The notes under the pieces were generated by a model. It saw only the letters and a program-made list of their open reading frames with translations, was not told where the DNA came from and made no database searches. A program made the position numbers and the translations under genes. DNA of 64,000 nt from Poseidonia sp. (lineage in GTDB: Archaea; Thermoplasmatota; Poseidoniia; Poseidoniales; Poseidoniaceae). Positions 1-9,574 of this stretch are shown here, piece by piece (within the stretch, counting starts at the first letter, position 1; every line of letters starts with the position of its first letter). The stretch spans positions 41,480 through 105,479 of the forward strand of contig CBFIDD010000005.1 of NCBI GenBank assembly GCA_965661285.1. Direction: 5' to 3'.

Positions 1-2
1 AC

Positions 3-815
3 GGCATCACGGGTGATGAAGTTGATGCGGTACGCTCGCAACTCTCGCTCGGCGAACAGGACGGCTTTGTCCTGTGCTGTGCGCCTGAGTGGCAAGCCAC
101 CTTGGCATTGGAGGCCGTGCTTGGCCGTGCCCGGTTGGCCTGGCATCGTATCCCTCAGGAGGTTCGCAATGTCGTCGTCAAAAAAGGTGCACCGGAAGAC
201 GGAACCACCGCTCCCATGCGACCGCTACCGGGGCGGTCTCGAATGTATCCGGAGACCGACATCCCTCCGCAAGCCCTGACCGCCGAGGATTGGCAGCACG
301 TGCTTGAAACCCTTCCCATGACGGACAAGGAGCGTACCGACCGTTTGTCCACGCACGATATTTCAACCGACCAATCCGACCAACTTCTCGCCAGAGAACT
401 TGATGATATCTTCTGCGACCACGCAGGCCAGTTGCCCGCCAAGGCGTGGGCAGCCCTGCTTCTGAATCACGACCAAGAGGACCCTGCAACGCTTGCCGCT
501 GTTCTCTCCCTGCGCGATGAAGGTCATCTTGCACGGGACCATGTGGACCGTGTCGTCGAAGCTCACCGAGGTCGGTCGGTGAGCCCAGAGGAATTGAGGG
601 CTTACTGCGAACAGCACGACCTCGCCCCGGCTGACATGGGGGGTTTGGAAGACGTGATCACCGGCATCGTCGCCGAGCGTCTGGACTTCGTCAAAGAGCG
701 AGGCATGGGCGCCATGGGGCCCTTGATGGGTGTGGTCATGAAGGCGGCCGGCGGTGCAGACGGAAAGCAAGTCAGTGCGTTGTTGCGTGCCGCCATACAA
801 GCCGTGTTGGAGTGA
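3..815 (+). CDS. gatE: Glu-tRNA(Gln) amidotransferase subunit E, C-terminal part (5' truncated by window edge)
   Basis: Frame is open from position 3. It has the GatE-type 'DGTT..MRPLPGRSRMYPETDIPP' and a C-terminal YqeY-like 'VKERGMGAMGPLMGVVMK...DGK' tail. Confidence 0.93.
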   Translation, partial: GITGDEVDAVRSQLSLGEQDGFVLCCAPEWQATLALEAVLGRARLAWHRIPQEVRNVVVKKGAPEDGTTAPMRPLPGRSRMYPETDIPPQALTAEDWQHVLETLPMTDKERTDRLSTHDISTDQSDQLLARELDDIFCDHAGQLPAKAWAALLLNHDQEDPATLAAVLSLRDEGHLARDHVDRVVEAHRGRSVSPEELRAYCEQHDLAPADMGGLEDVITGIVAERLDFVKERGMGAMGPLMGVVMKAAGGADGKQVSALLRAAIQAVLE

Positions 816-818
816 GCC

Positions 819-2486
819 TTGATGAGGCGTCTTGCGCTTCTTTCGGCTGTCCTCTTCGGCATCCTCTTTGCGCCGCAAGGAGCGGCTGGTTTGACGAGCG
901 ATTGGACGGCTGACTGGTCGGTTGATCTCGGCGAGGGCTACATCACGACCTCCCCGGTGGTCGACCAGCGGCATGTCTACGTGCGCACCTCGGGATTTTG
1001 GACGGATGCTGACCGGCCAGAAGTCAAGGCGTTCACGCACGAAGGGATGCCTGTTTGGAGTTATCAAAGCGACACCACCACCCAACATGACATGGCCCCC
1101 CTCCTGCTTCACGACGCTGGTTCAGGGGCGTGCGGTTCGTGGCCCGACCTGTTGCTGGTGGGGTGGGCCAACGGAGATTTTACCGCCCTTCATCGAGGCA
1201 ACGGAACGTTGGCCTGGGCAGTGAGCACGCCCGTGGACGGGTGGGGTATTACCGGAGCACCTCTCCTCGATGGCGACCATGTTGTGGTGCCCACACGAAG
1301 CGGTCTCACGCGCCTGTGCCTGGCCAACGGCGAGGTAGATTTCAGCGTGAATTTGAGTCTTGGTTGGCGCAACGGCGTCACCCTTACTGGAGGCCATTAT
1401 TGGACAGGAAGCGAGACCGACCACCTTTGGAAGGTGGACCTGACGGGGAGTGTGGTCAGCAGCATCAACCTCTCGGGACAACTCCGGCACGCCCCTGTCG
1501 CTGTGGGCCAGCACTTGCTCTTGCACGTGCAACAGGCCACCTCGAGCACGATACAAGCCTACGAGTTGACGACGGCGAATCTGACTGACCTCAAGGCCTC
1601 AGGGGGTTCGCCCGCTCTTCCATTATCTGTGGGCGACACGGTGGTCTTCGGGGACAACGAGGGGTTAACCTCCGTTCGTTGTGATGCAGCATGCGCCGTT
1701 GTTGACCAACTGCCAACAAAGGTGAACGGAGAGATGGCCAGCACTTCGCCTTCCACGTTCTACGCACCGGTGAATTTGCCGGACGAAGGATGGGTGGTCG
1801 CTCAACTCAACGCTTCGGGCTGGTTTTCTGACACAACGATGTTTTCAACGCCCTACGACGGGTACGGTACATCCTCGCCCGCTGCCATGGACACATGGCT
1901 GTTTCTTGGCAACGATGCTGGGGTGTTGATGGCGTATTCTTCCGCACCTCCAACAGGTGATTTCGTCTCAGAGGAAGACCAATCTTCAGAACCTCTTCTT
2001 GAGTTGGTTGTTTTCTGTTCGGTGTTGGTTGGGGTGGCATCGCTGGCTCATCGAGGACGACTACCGGCCGCATGGCGCCTCTTTTCGCTGTCTGTGTTGG
2101 TGGTGGCGGTCCTCATGCTGCCGGATGTGTCGAAGACATGGACCACCGCTTTGGTTGACGAGCAGGACGCCACGACATCTTGGGATGATGATTGGCCAGA
2201 GACGTGGCTGGGGACCCAAATTGTGGTGTTTGAATTTGCTGAGGAACGCCGTGTGATTGGTGGTTTGGTGGGTCATCAAAATGTCTGGAGCCTGACGCAA
2301 GAAGCCGCTGAACTGGAAGGCTTTTCACTTTCAACCGAAGAAACTGGCATCGGGCTCTACGTGGTGGCCATCAACGAAACCGAAGGTTCGGGATGGGAGT
2401 ATTTTCTCAACGATGTGCGAGGGGCCCTCGCCGTCGATGAAGCGGTTGTTGATTCAACCGTTGTAGTGCGGTGGAGCCTTGCTTGA
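819..2486 (+). CDS. Secreted PQQ-type beta-propeller protein with two TM helices and a C-terminal DUF4430/transcobalamin-C-like domain
   Basis: Signal peptide and W-containing propeller repeats (WSVDL..YITTSPVV, GTLAWAV..ITGAPLL). A TM hairpin follows, then 'GLYVVAINETEGSGWEYFLND...VVRWSL', typical of DUF4430. Confidence 0.7.
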   Translation: MMRRLALLSAVLFGILFAPQGAAGLTSDWTADWSVDLGEGYITTSPVVDQRHVYVRTSGFWTDADRPEVKAFTHEGMPVWSYQSDTTTQHDMAPLLLHDAGSGACGSWPDLLLVGWANGDFTALHRGNGTLAWAVSTPVDGWGITGAPLLDGDHVVVPTRSGLTRLCLANGEVDFSVNLSLGWRNGVTLTGGHYWTGSETDHLWKVDLTGSVVSSINLSGQLRHAPVAVGQHLLLHVQQATSSTIQAYELTTANLTDLKASGGSPALPLSVGDTVVFGDNEGLTSVRCDAACAVVDQLPTKVNGEMASTSPSTFYAPVNLPDEGWVVAQLNASGWFSDTTMFSTPYDGYGTSSPAAMDTWLFLGNDAGVLMAYSSAPPTGDFVSEEDQSSEPLLELVVFCSVLVGVASLAHRGRLPAAWRLFSLSVLVVAVLMLPDVSKTWTTALVDEQDATTSWDDDWPETWLGTQIVVFEFAEERRVIGGLVGHQNVWSLTQEAAELEGFSLSTEETGIGLYVVAINETEGSGWEYFLNDVRGALAVDEAVVDSTVVVRWSLA

Positions 2487-3187
2487 TGGTGGCAATGCTC
2501 AAGGCCATCGCCCTTGTCGGAGGAGACATGTTCCAAGCGCTCGGTGTCCACGGCCCCGTGTTGACGCCCTTTGCCAGTGCCCTGATGGACATCGCTTTGG
2601 TGAGCGTGGCGTTTGCATTTTTCGTCGGTGGCTCCCGTGCTAACCGCATGACGACGGGCATGTTGGGCACCATGGTGGTCGCCATGGCAGCGCTTCGAGT
2701 GCTGATGCAGCCACTTCCGAACGTCCAACCGCTCACGGTTGCAGCGCTTCTGGTCGGCGCTCATCTCGGGGCACGGCGAGGCATGGCGTTTGCCATCTTG
2801 GCAACACTCCTTTCCAATCTGTTGATCAGCCACGGCTGGTGGACCGTCTTCCAGGCTGTCGGTTGGGCGCTCGTGGCTGTTGTCGGCGCTCGAGCCAATC
2901 TTCTTCAGAACGGCCAACTCCAGACGGCTCGTTTGGCCGTGATGTCCGTGCTTTCTGCATTGTTGTTTGGTGTTGTTTCAACCCTCTCGCTCGTGACCTC
3001 CGCCATGACACCCGCCGCCTTCGTGGTCCTGCTTGGTCAAGGGCTTCCCTTTGATGTCGTTCACGCGCTTGGAAATCTCGCCTTTGTGGTGTGGATGGCG
3101 CCATCACTTCACCACTTCCTCAGCGGATTAGCGTCATCGGAGAGCGACTCGTCTGCGGTTGGTGAGGCACATGGCATCGATGCATGA
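2486..3187 (+). CDS. ECF transporter S component, CbrT-like (predicted cobalamin)
   Basis: About 6-7 TMs with 'PLPNVQPLT...G...G...LLSN...GWWTVFQAVGW' and 'GLPFDVVHALGN'. The ATG overlaps the upstream TGA; the start could instead be 2528. Confidence 0.78.
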   Translation: MVAMLKAIALVGGDMFQALGVHGPVLTPFASALMDIALVSVAFAFFVGGSRANRMTTGMLGTMVVAMAALRVLMQPLPNVQPLTVAALLVGAHLGARRGMAFAILATLLSNLLISHGWWTVFQAVGWALVAVVGARANLLQNGQLQTARLAVMSVLSALLFGVVSTLSLVTSAMTPAAFVVLLGQGLPFDVVHALGNLAFVVWMAPSLHHFLSGLASSESDSSAVGEAHGIDA

Positions 3188-3527
3188 CGCGCCGTCCATG
3201 GCGCTCATCGTGCGACAAGACCTGCCGTTGAGCACGGGGAAAATCGCCGCCCAATGCGCTCACGCTGCGGTTGAGGTTGTTCGGGCTGCTCGCCGCACCC
3301 GCCTCTTGGAACGATGGCGTGCTGGAGGGTCGAGAAAAATCGTCCTGGCCGCCGAAGACCTAGGGTCGCTGCAAGAGCTTCATGCATCCATCCCATCGGC
3401 GTGTCATGCCCATCTCGTCACCGACGCAGGCCGGACAGAGATTCCCGCGGGGACGGTCACCGTCCTCGGCGTCCTCGGCCCGCGGCGAACCATGGACACG
3501 TTGGTCCGCCACTTGAACACGTTATGA
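3171..3527 (+). CDS. pth2: Peptidyl-tRNA hydrolase Pth2 (paralogue 1)
   Basis: 'VRQDLPLSTGKIAAQCAHA', 'KIVL', 'DAGRTEIPAGTVTVLGVLGP'. GGTGA SD at 3161. Confidence 0.92.
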   Translation: MASMHDAPSMALIVRQDLPLSTGKIAAQCAHAAVEVVRAARRTRLLERWRAGGSRKIVLAAEDLGSLQELHASIPSACHAHLVTDAGRTEIPAGTVTVLGVLGPRRTMDTLVRHLNTL

Positions 3528-3539
3528 GGGGGCACTTGC

Positions 3540-3956
3540 ATGGGATTCCGTTCTTTTCTCCACCGCATAACAGCGCCCAAACCATCGCAGCGCTACGATG
3601 GAGCGCCCGTAAAACTGGTCTGCGTTGTGAACCAATCGCTCAAGATGGGCAAAGGAAAGGTAGCTGCGCAGGTCGGTCATGCTTCGGTTCAAGCCTTTCT
3701 CAATGCCGGAGTGTCCCATCCTTCCGAAGTGGAAGCATGGCTGGCCTCGGGTCAAAAGAAAATCTGCCTCAAAACACCGAAAGCTGACGATTTTGAGACG
3801 TTTCGCAACGAAGCAAAGCGGCGCGGCATTCCCACCCACGTGGTTCACGATGCAGGGCACACGCAAATTCCAAGCGGTTCGGCCACCGTGTTGGCGTTGG
3901 GTCCGTACGATGAAACCGTGCTCAATGAGCTGACCGGGCACCTCAAGTTGCTGTGA
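3540..3956 (+). CDS. pth2: Peptidyl-tRNA hydrolase Pth2 (paralogue 2, N-terminal extension)
   Basis: 'LKMGKGKVAAQVGHA', 'GQKKICLK', 'DAGHTQIPSGSATVLALGP'. Confidence 0.93.
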   Translation: MGFRSFLHRITAPKPSQRYDGAPVKLVCVVNQSLKMGKGKVAAQVGHASVQAFLNAGVSHPSEVEAWLASGQKKICLKTPKADDFETFRNEAKRRGIPTHVVHDAGHTQIPSGSATVLALGPYDETVLNELTGHLKLL

Positions 3957-3993
3957 ACACCGCCTTCATGAAGGAGAGCGTCGAGGCGTTTTC

Positions 3994-5040
3994 ATGCGCG
4001 AACACCCCTCATCACGAATTGATTTCCGTTCCGATACCGTTACGCAACCCACCCAAGCCATGCGGGAAGCGATGCTTGAGGCAGCGGTGGGCGATGATGT
4101 GCTGGGCGACGACCCGACGGTGATTGAACTCCAGGACCGCGTGGCGAAGATTTTTGGAAAGGAGGCCGGCTTGTTCGTCGCCTCTGGAACCATGTCCAAC
4201 GCCATCGCTCTGCGGACCCACACGGTGCCCGGCGACGAGATCGTGTGCGACAAAACGGCGCATATTTACCGGTACGAAGGCGGCGGATATGCTGCCCTCT
4301 GTGGGGCCTCCATTGCGCTGGTCGATGGCGCGGGGGGCTTGATGTCGCCCGAACAGGTACGGCAGGCCGTTCGCAAGGCAGAAGGCTCCGGCAGCCACTA
4401 CCCAAACGGGTCGCTCGTCTGCGTTGAGAACACCTCGAATCTTGGCGGCGGGTCTTGTTACGACCAAGACACCCTCGATGAAATCGCTCATGTCGCCAAG
4501 TCGCTGGATTGCAAAACTCACATCGACGGGGCCCGTATTTTCAACGCATCACTGGCGACAGGGGTTGATGTTGCTCGAATGTGCAAGCATTACGATTCGG
4601 TATCGATTTGTTTCTCAAAGGGGCTGGGTGCGCCCGTGGGCTCTGTCCTCGTGGGTTCGGCTGAATTCATTGCCCGTGCACACCGATGGCGCAAGATGTT
4701 CGGAGGCGGCTGGCGCCAAGCCGGCTTGCTCGCAGCGGGCTGTCTTCATGCGCTCGACCATCACGTTGCCCGTTTGAAGCACGACCATGAGCGGGCGCGC
4801 ACCGTTGCCAACATGCTCAACGCCCTGCCGATGTTTTCGGTTGACCTTGACTCAGTTCAAAGCAACATGGTCTACGCTGAGACCACCGAATCTGCCGCCG
4901 ACGTTGTGGCAAAATTCGCCGAGCACGGCATTGACATGTTCGACCTCTCGCCGCATCGCATTCGTATCGTCATTCATCTCCACATCACCGATGAGGACAT
5001 CGAACAGTTTCAAGCCATTTTGGAACGCTATTGGTCTTGA
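3994..5040 (+). CDS. ltaE: Low-specificity L-threonine aldolase (PLP)
   Basis: 'DFRSDTVTQPT', 'SGTMSN', 'HIDGARIFNA', PLP lysine in 'CFSKGLGAPVGS', 'GGGWRQAG'. Confidence 0.95.
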   Translation: MREHPSSRIDFRSDTVTQPTQAMREAMLEAAVGDDVLGDDPTVIELQDRVAKIFGKEAGLFVASGTMSNAIALRTHTVPGDEIVCDKTAHIYRYEGGGYAALCGASIALVDGAGGLMSPEQVRQAVRKAEGSGSHYPNGSLVCVENTSNLGGGSCYDQDTLDEIAHVAKSLDCKTHIDGARIFNASLATGVDVARMCKHYDSVSICFSKGLGAPVGSVLVGSAEFIARAHRWRKMFGGGWRQAGLLAAGCLHALDHHVARLKHDHERARTVANMLNALPMFSVDLDSVQSNMVYAETTESAADVVAKFAEHGIDMFDLSPHRIRIVIHLHITDEDIEQFQAILERYWS

Positions 5041-5073
5041 GATGTTCAAATAGCCTCGGCCAACTTGTCTGAT

Positions 5074-7428
5074 ATGACGAGCGTACGCGAGATTGACTGC
5101 AAGCACAACCCGCTGTCAACTGAGGATGAGCGTGTCTGTTCGCTGTGCCAGTCGATGATTGACTTTCAACCCAGCCATGGCTTTCAACCTCATCTTCATG
5201 TTGAAGACCACGAACGAGCCATGGCGATGTTTGGCGGCCCCGGTGGGACCTCAAAGCGACGGTGGAAGACGCTTGCAGCCAACATCAAGGATTCAGAGCA
5301 CGTCCATTGGGCCCGCCTGGACGGCGAGGTTGACCCCATCGCGGCCTTCCCGTCCTCACAGCAGGACTTCGAAGACCTCGCTGAAGCGGTCGGACGGGGG
5401 GCTCCGCTCACGCCCCAGCAAGAAGCGATGCTTCGCAACGGGATTTCGTTTTTTGACGGCTCGATGCTTCGCTATATGGATTCAACATGGAACCTCAACG
5501 GCGTTCCTCTCCAAGGGTTGGGGCTCGCCGTCGTCTTCGCTCTGATCGGCCATATTGAGCCACGAAAGGGATGGAACGTTCCCGCACTGCTGCTGGGCAT
5601 CTCTTCGGTCAATCCCAACCTGGGAGGACACCATCCAATGATGCAACGCTACCCTCGGGGCCAACGGGAACTCCACTCTCATTTTCGGCCGTTGGCAAGC
5701 ATGTTGACCTGGCTTTCAAACCGACTGAAGGTTGACCGGACGCTTTCCATGGATTCCACCGATTGCGTGCCGATGTTGGCTTGGTCTCACGACATCCAAA
5801 CCCACATGTTTCACCAACAACCCAACGATATGGAAGGCATGTTCCAAAATGCCTTGGGAAATCATCCACCCGGGTTATTTGAAGCCTATGACATGCCATG
5901 GATGCGTGGTTGGCGGGCTTTGGAGTCCGGCATGCAGTTTGCAGATACGCAAAAATGGGCCATGGACGTCAACCGAAAGAACGCCCGACTGCGGGTACGA
6001 ACATCGGCTGGAAAACTCCGTCTCATTCAAGTTCCAACGAACCCGGTCCTGTGGGCGTTCCTGATTTCCATCACGCTGTCACCGTTGAACAGTGAAGCGG
6101 GGCGCTTGCTTTTGGGAATCCAGCACAACTGGTCGGTACCGTATGCTGAACCGAATCAACCCTCAGCCCCGCTCGTCAAATCCCTGGAATTCTGCCATCA
6201 AATCATGAACGGCCTTGATCAGAACATCTTCGTTCAACACGGCAAGGTGCTGGTGGTTGGCCGCCTGGGTCACCTGTACGAAGTCGTCGTGGAGTCTGGC
6301 CAGCACGGTGCACCGTACACCATTCAGCATCTGGTTGATGTGGAACCCAACGTGAAGCACCCGATTTGCATCCACAGCGGACGCATCGGCGAATCCGTTC
6401 CGCTGGGCGACACCATCGGGGGTGTGTTGCTCTCAATGGTGAACGATGTCGAAGCGTCAAAGGACATCGAAAGTCTGCACGACCTCCTCCAGCACCACGC
6501 GCCTTTCGGCTTCCCACTCGCCAACATCCCCACCGCTTGGCTGGACCGTTTCGATGTTGACAACATGAGTCCTGCCAACCGTGCAACGGTTCGAGGGCTT
6601 CGGTGGTATCGAATTCGACATGAGATTGACCACGACCAGATCCCTCGACGCGGGTTGCATCAATTGATGCAACGAAATCGAGACCGACGTCGCCATTCGA
6701 GGTATTCTCAACGCTGGAATTCGCGATACCACTCCACCTTTGACCGAAACGGGACCTTTCCCCTCGATGAAGTGGTTGCGGCTTGGCGAAACACCGTGCC
6801 TCCCTATGTTCCAGGAAGTTCGGGTATTCGCCAGCACAGGGAGTACTTTGGCCATCAGTTCCACGCCTTTTACCGGCGTCGGTACCACCACATCATGCCT
6901 CACCGTCGTTTTGACGACGTTCACGACGAAGGCGATGTGCGGGACGGTGAGCGCCGCTGGTGCGAAGTGTTCGCTCGGGTTTGGGAGGTCCTTGTCCATC
7001 AACCGTTGGGCTCGCACGTGCGCATTCCAAACGATGACGGGCTTCCCCTCAGCTTCGAACATGCAGCCCTGCAGGTCACCATCCGTTCCCCTTTGGAACG
7101 AACCTTTGTCACGAGGATTTCACGGGTTCTGGGATATGTGAAACACGATGAAGAGGGCCAGAACAGCATCTTTGTTCGCCGAGACCACCCGCGCCCAAAC
7201 GCACGTCTCCAACTCACGGACCTTCTCCGCGACACGCAGGACCGGCAACGGGTCCGTGGCGCTCCCCCACGATGGTGGAACTATGTCGACGTGGTCGCGC
7301 CTCCTCAGGACATGCCCCGTTTGCGGTGGCAACTTCAGATCGATCACACCGATGACCGCCGCCCGCGGGCAGAGGATGACGCTCAAGTCCGCCTCAATTT
7401 CAACGATCTTGGCGACCTCTTTGGCTGA
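5074..7428 (+). CDS. Large hypothetical protein with an N-terminal Cys/His putative Zn site and an Arg/His-rich C-terminal half
   Basis: 787-aa ORF with CKH..CSLC near the N-terminus. A TTCAAATA box 29 nt before ATG 5074 supports this start. Confidence 0.75.
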   Translation: MTSVREIDCKHNPLSTEDERVCSLCQSMIDFQPSHGFQPHLHVEDHERAMAMFGGPGGTSKRRWKTLAANIKDSEHVHWARLDGEVDPIAAFPSSQQDFEDLAEAVGRGAPLTPQQEAMLRNGISFFDGSMLRYMDSTWNLNGVPLQGLGLAVVFALIGHIEPRKGWNVPALLLGISSVNPNLGGHHPMMQRYPRGQRELHSHFRPLASMLTWLSNRLKVDRTLSMDSTDCVPMLAWSHDIQTHMFHQQPNDMEGMFQNALGNHPPGLFEAYDMPWMRGWRALESGMQFADTQKWAMDVNRKNARLRVRTSAGKLRLIQVPTNPVLWAFLISITLSPLNSEAGRLLLGIQHNWSVPYAEPNQPSAPLVKSLEFCHQIMNGLDQNIFVQHGKVLVVGRLGHLYEVVVESGQHGAPYTIQHLVDVEPNVKHPICIHSGRIGESVPLGDTIGGVLLSMVNDVEASKDIESLHDLLQHHAPFGFPLANIPTAWLDRFDVDNMSPANRATVRGLRWYRIRHEIDHDQIPRRGLHQLMQRNRDRRRHSRYSQRWNSRYHSTFDRNGTFPLDEVVAAWRNTVPPYVPGSSGIRQHREYFGHQFHAFYRRRYHHIMPHRRFDDVHDEGDVRDGERRWCEVFARVWEVLVHQPLGSHVRIPNDDGLPLSFEHAALQVTIRSPLERTFVTRISRVLGYVKHDEEGQNSIFVRRDHPRPNARLQLTDLLRDTQDRQRVRGAPPRWWNYVDVVAPPQDMPRLRWQLQIDHTDDRRPRAEDDAQVRLNFNDLGDLFG

Positions 7429-8326
7429 AGGCCAACGCCAAGCCGACAGCGAGGACAGTGGAGACCATCGAGAGGGCTGGTGTGTCTTTACTGGGCTCAA
7501 AGGGGCGCGTTTCTTCGACCACTTCCGGTGGGTTGGGCATGATCTCGTAAATCAGATGGATTTCAAGGTCATCTCCGTCATGAGGTTCGGGAAGGTTGAC
7601 CACGGCTGAACCTTCGGTCGTGTCTCCAAGTGAGAAAATCTCCCGCACGATGTGAGGGTACGTACCTTGACCATTACTTCCTTCCTCGTATTCCGCAGAT
7701 GATTCTACGACCCAAGCCGTGACGTTGAGCGTCATGTTTTCGAGCATGCGGTCGTCAATATCAAGCACCCATCCGATGGTGCCGGACCTCTCGGTGGTTG
7801 GCGTCCAAGTGAACATGGTGCTCCCCTCGCCTAATCCGAGGTCCCGCTGAGCAAGTTGCGTGAACTCCTCCACTCGATTGTCGTGGTCGTTGTCGTGAAC
7901 GTTCGAATCCGGAACGCTCCCTGCTTTCTTGACCGTGCCGTTGAACACCGAACCTGGCGGTGAATGCGAATAGTCCGTGAGATGGACATAGCGGTCTCTG
8001 AATCGTTGCTCTAAGGCCTCGTCACCGAACGGGTCGCTCAGGGTCGAGTGGAAATGATAAGGCGTGAGGAGCCCATTCGCGTACACTTCCTCAATGGCAT
8101 GTTCGACGTAGACACAGTTATCACACCACGTGGCGGTGTAAATTTCTACCACCGCAGCCAAATCGCTGAGATTTTCCGTCATCGCACTGGCGTTGCTGGT
8201 CGTTGTTGACTGACCCCCGAAGATCATGCCGTTGTCAACTTCGACGGCTGGGAGCGCCGTCGTGGTCGGAGCGGTTGAGCCGAGAAGAAAAATTGACAGC
8301 AGGACTGCGGTTGCGTAGCGTCGCAT
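7400..8326 (-). CDS. Exported thioredoxin-like (Omp28-like) protein with C-terminal membrane anchor
   Basis: Signal peptide, 'VEIYTATWCDNC' CxxC motif, and C-terminal 'TPAL' + TM + basic tail. Confidence 0.72.
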   Translation of the reverse strand: MRRYATAVLLSIFLLGSTAPTTTALPAVEVDNGMIFGGQSTTTSNASAMTENLSDLAAVVEIYTATWCDNCVYVEHAIEEVYANGLLTPYHFHSTLSDPFGDEALEQRFRDRYVHLTDYSHSPPGSVFNGTVKKAGSVPDSNVHDNDHDNRVEEFTQLAQRDLGLGEGSTMFTWTPTTERSGTIGWVLDIDDRMLENMTLNVTAWVVESSAEYEEGSNGQGTYPHIVREIFSLGDTTEGSAVVNLPEPHDGDDLEIHLIYEIMPNPPEVVEETRPFEPSKDTPALSMVSTVLAVGLALAFSQRGRQDR

Positions 8327-8372
8327 GGGCTATGCGAGCAGCACGGAGGATATCAAACCGTCTTCAATCGGT

Positions 8373-9533
8373 TCATTCCCCGGCTTCTTCTTCCGAGTCT
8401 GCCTGTTCAGGGGCTTTCTTCGCCTCGTCCACGGACGTCACAAACAGCGCTTCAGCGCCCGGGAACCGGCCCTTCTCGTACAGCTCCTCCATAATTTCGA
8501 GGCGGCTCTTCAGCCCTGCACCGGTGCGTTGAACAGCCTTGGCGACGGCGTTGAGGTTTCCTTTGCCCAGACCCATTTGCTGAAGCACCTTGTACAGGAC
8601 ACAAGCGGACACCATGGGGATGGCCACGTTGGCTGTTGGGGCGTCGACGTTGGGCTCACCGATGTCGCTCATGGCGTTGAAGAAGGCCTCCATCACCGCG
8701 TCCAAATCATTCTCGCTCAACCGCGCAGCCAAGGCGTCTTCCAAGTTGATAACGGCCTTGTCCATCTCGTCTTCACGAGCAGCGGCGGCGTGGAGTTTGT
8801 TGGGCATGGGGGCCCACTTCATGCGGATGCGGGCTTGGTAGTTTTGACGAATGATTTTCATGGCGTTGACCAGCTGCTTCTGGGTGATGCCGTAGGTTTC
8901 CATCAATTTCTTTTCGTTGATGGGGACGGTGCGGAACATCTTGGAAGCGAGGGAAGCGATGGCGAGGGCCATGATTTGCAAGTTGTCCTGTTCGGTCGCT
9001 CCTCGCAATTCAGGGTGCTCTTTTCCTCCAGCGCGACAGATGGCCGTTTTCGGGCACTTGAGCAAGCGCTTTTCACTCGAGGTCAGCGTGCGTCGTCGGG
9101 CTTCTTGCCACGGCTTGAGTTTGCGGGCGGTGGCGCGGGCCAACAGCTCGACTGCGCGAGCCATGTCGGGACCAAACATCTCCTGGATGGTGGCCATCAA
9201 CGACGTGTACATCGGGTCGGTATCGCGTTGCGTAGCACGGTCTTTTCGAGCGAGGTCGCGGTATTTGCGGACCACGGCGTTGCTGAGTCGGTTGCCATGA
9301 GCGTCAAATTTGTCGCCCTTGGGGTTCATGCGTGCCCCGTGTTTTGCACCGGCCGTTGCTGCACTTTGGTTGGCGGCCTCGTTGTGTCGTTGCTCGCCCA
9401 GGGATGACCCGCTGTTGGTGTTGGCATCGTTCACCACGTGATCGAAGACCACGCCACAGTCACCGCACACAGCTTCCGCACGTGCATCGTCAAGTTCCAA
9501 TTTCCCGCCACATTCATCACAATTTTCTTTCAT
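8373..9533 (-). CDS. Divergent transcription initiation factor IIB (TFB)-like protein
   Basis: TFB Zn ribbon 'CDECGG..DDARAEAVCGDCGVV' and two degenerate cyclin-repeat HTH-like segments. GGAGG SD at 9545-9541 favours start 9533; 9554 is the alternative. Confidence 0.75.
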   Translation of the reverse strand: MKENCDECGGKLELDDARAEAVCGDCGVVFDHVVNDANTNSGSSLGEQRHNEAANQSAATAGAKHGARMNPKGDKFDAHGNRLSNAVVRKYRDLARKDRATQRDTDPMYTSLMATIQEMFGPDMARAVELLARATARKLKPWQEARRRTLTSSEKRLLKCPKTAICRAGGKEHPELRGATEQDNLQIMALAIASLASKMFRTVPINEKKLMETYGITQKQLVNAMKIIRQNYQARIRMKWAPMPNKLHAAAAREDEMDKAVINLEDALAARLSENDLDAVMEAFFNAMSDIGEPNVDAPTANVAIPMVSACVLYKVLQQMGLGKGNLNAVAKAVQRTGAGLKSRLEIMEELYEKGRFPGAEALFVTSVDEAKKAPEQADSEEEAGE

Positions 9534-9566
9534 CTTTTTGCCTCCGTATACCATTCACCGCCAGAG

Positions 9567-9574
9567 TATTTAAA
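9567..9574 (-). promoter_or_regulatory. TATA box of the TFB-like gene (TTTAAATA)
   Basis: Canonical archaeal TATA sequence about 29 nt upstream of the SD-containing leader. Confidence 0.6.
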
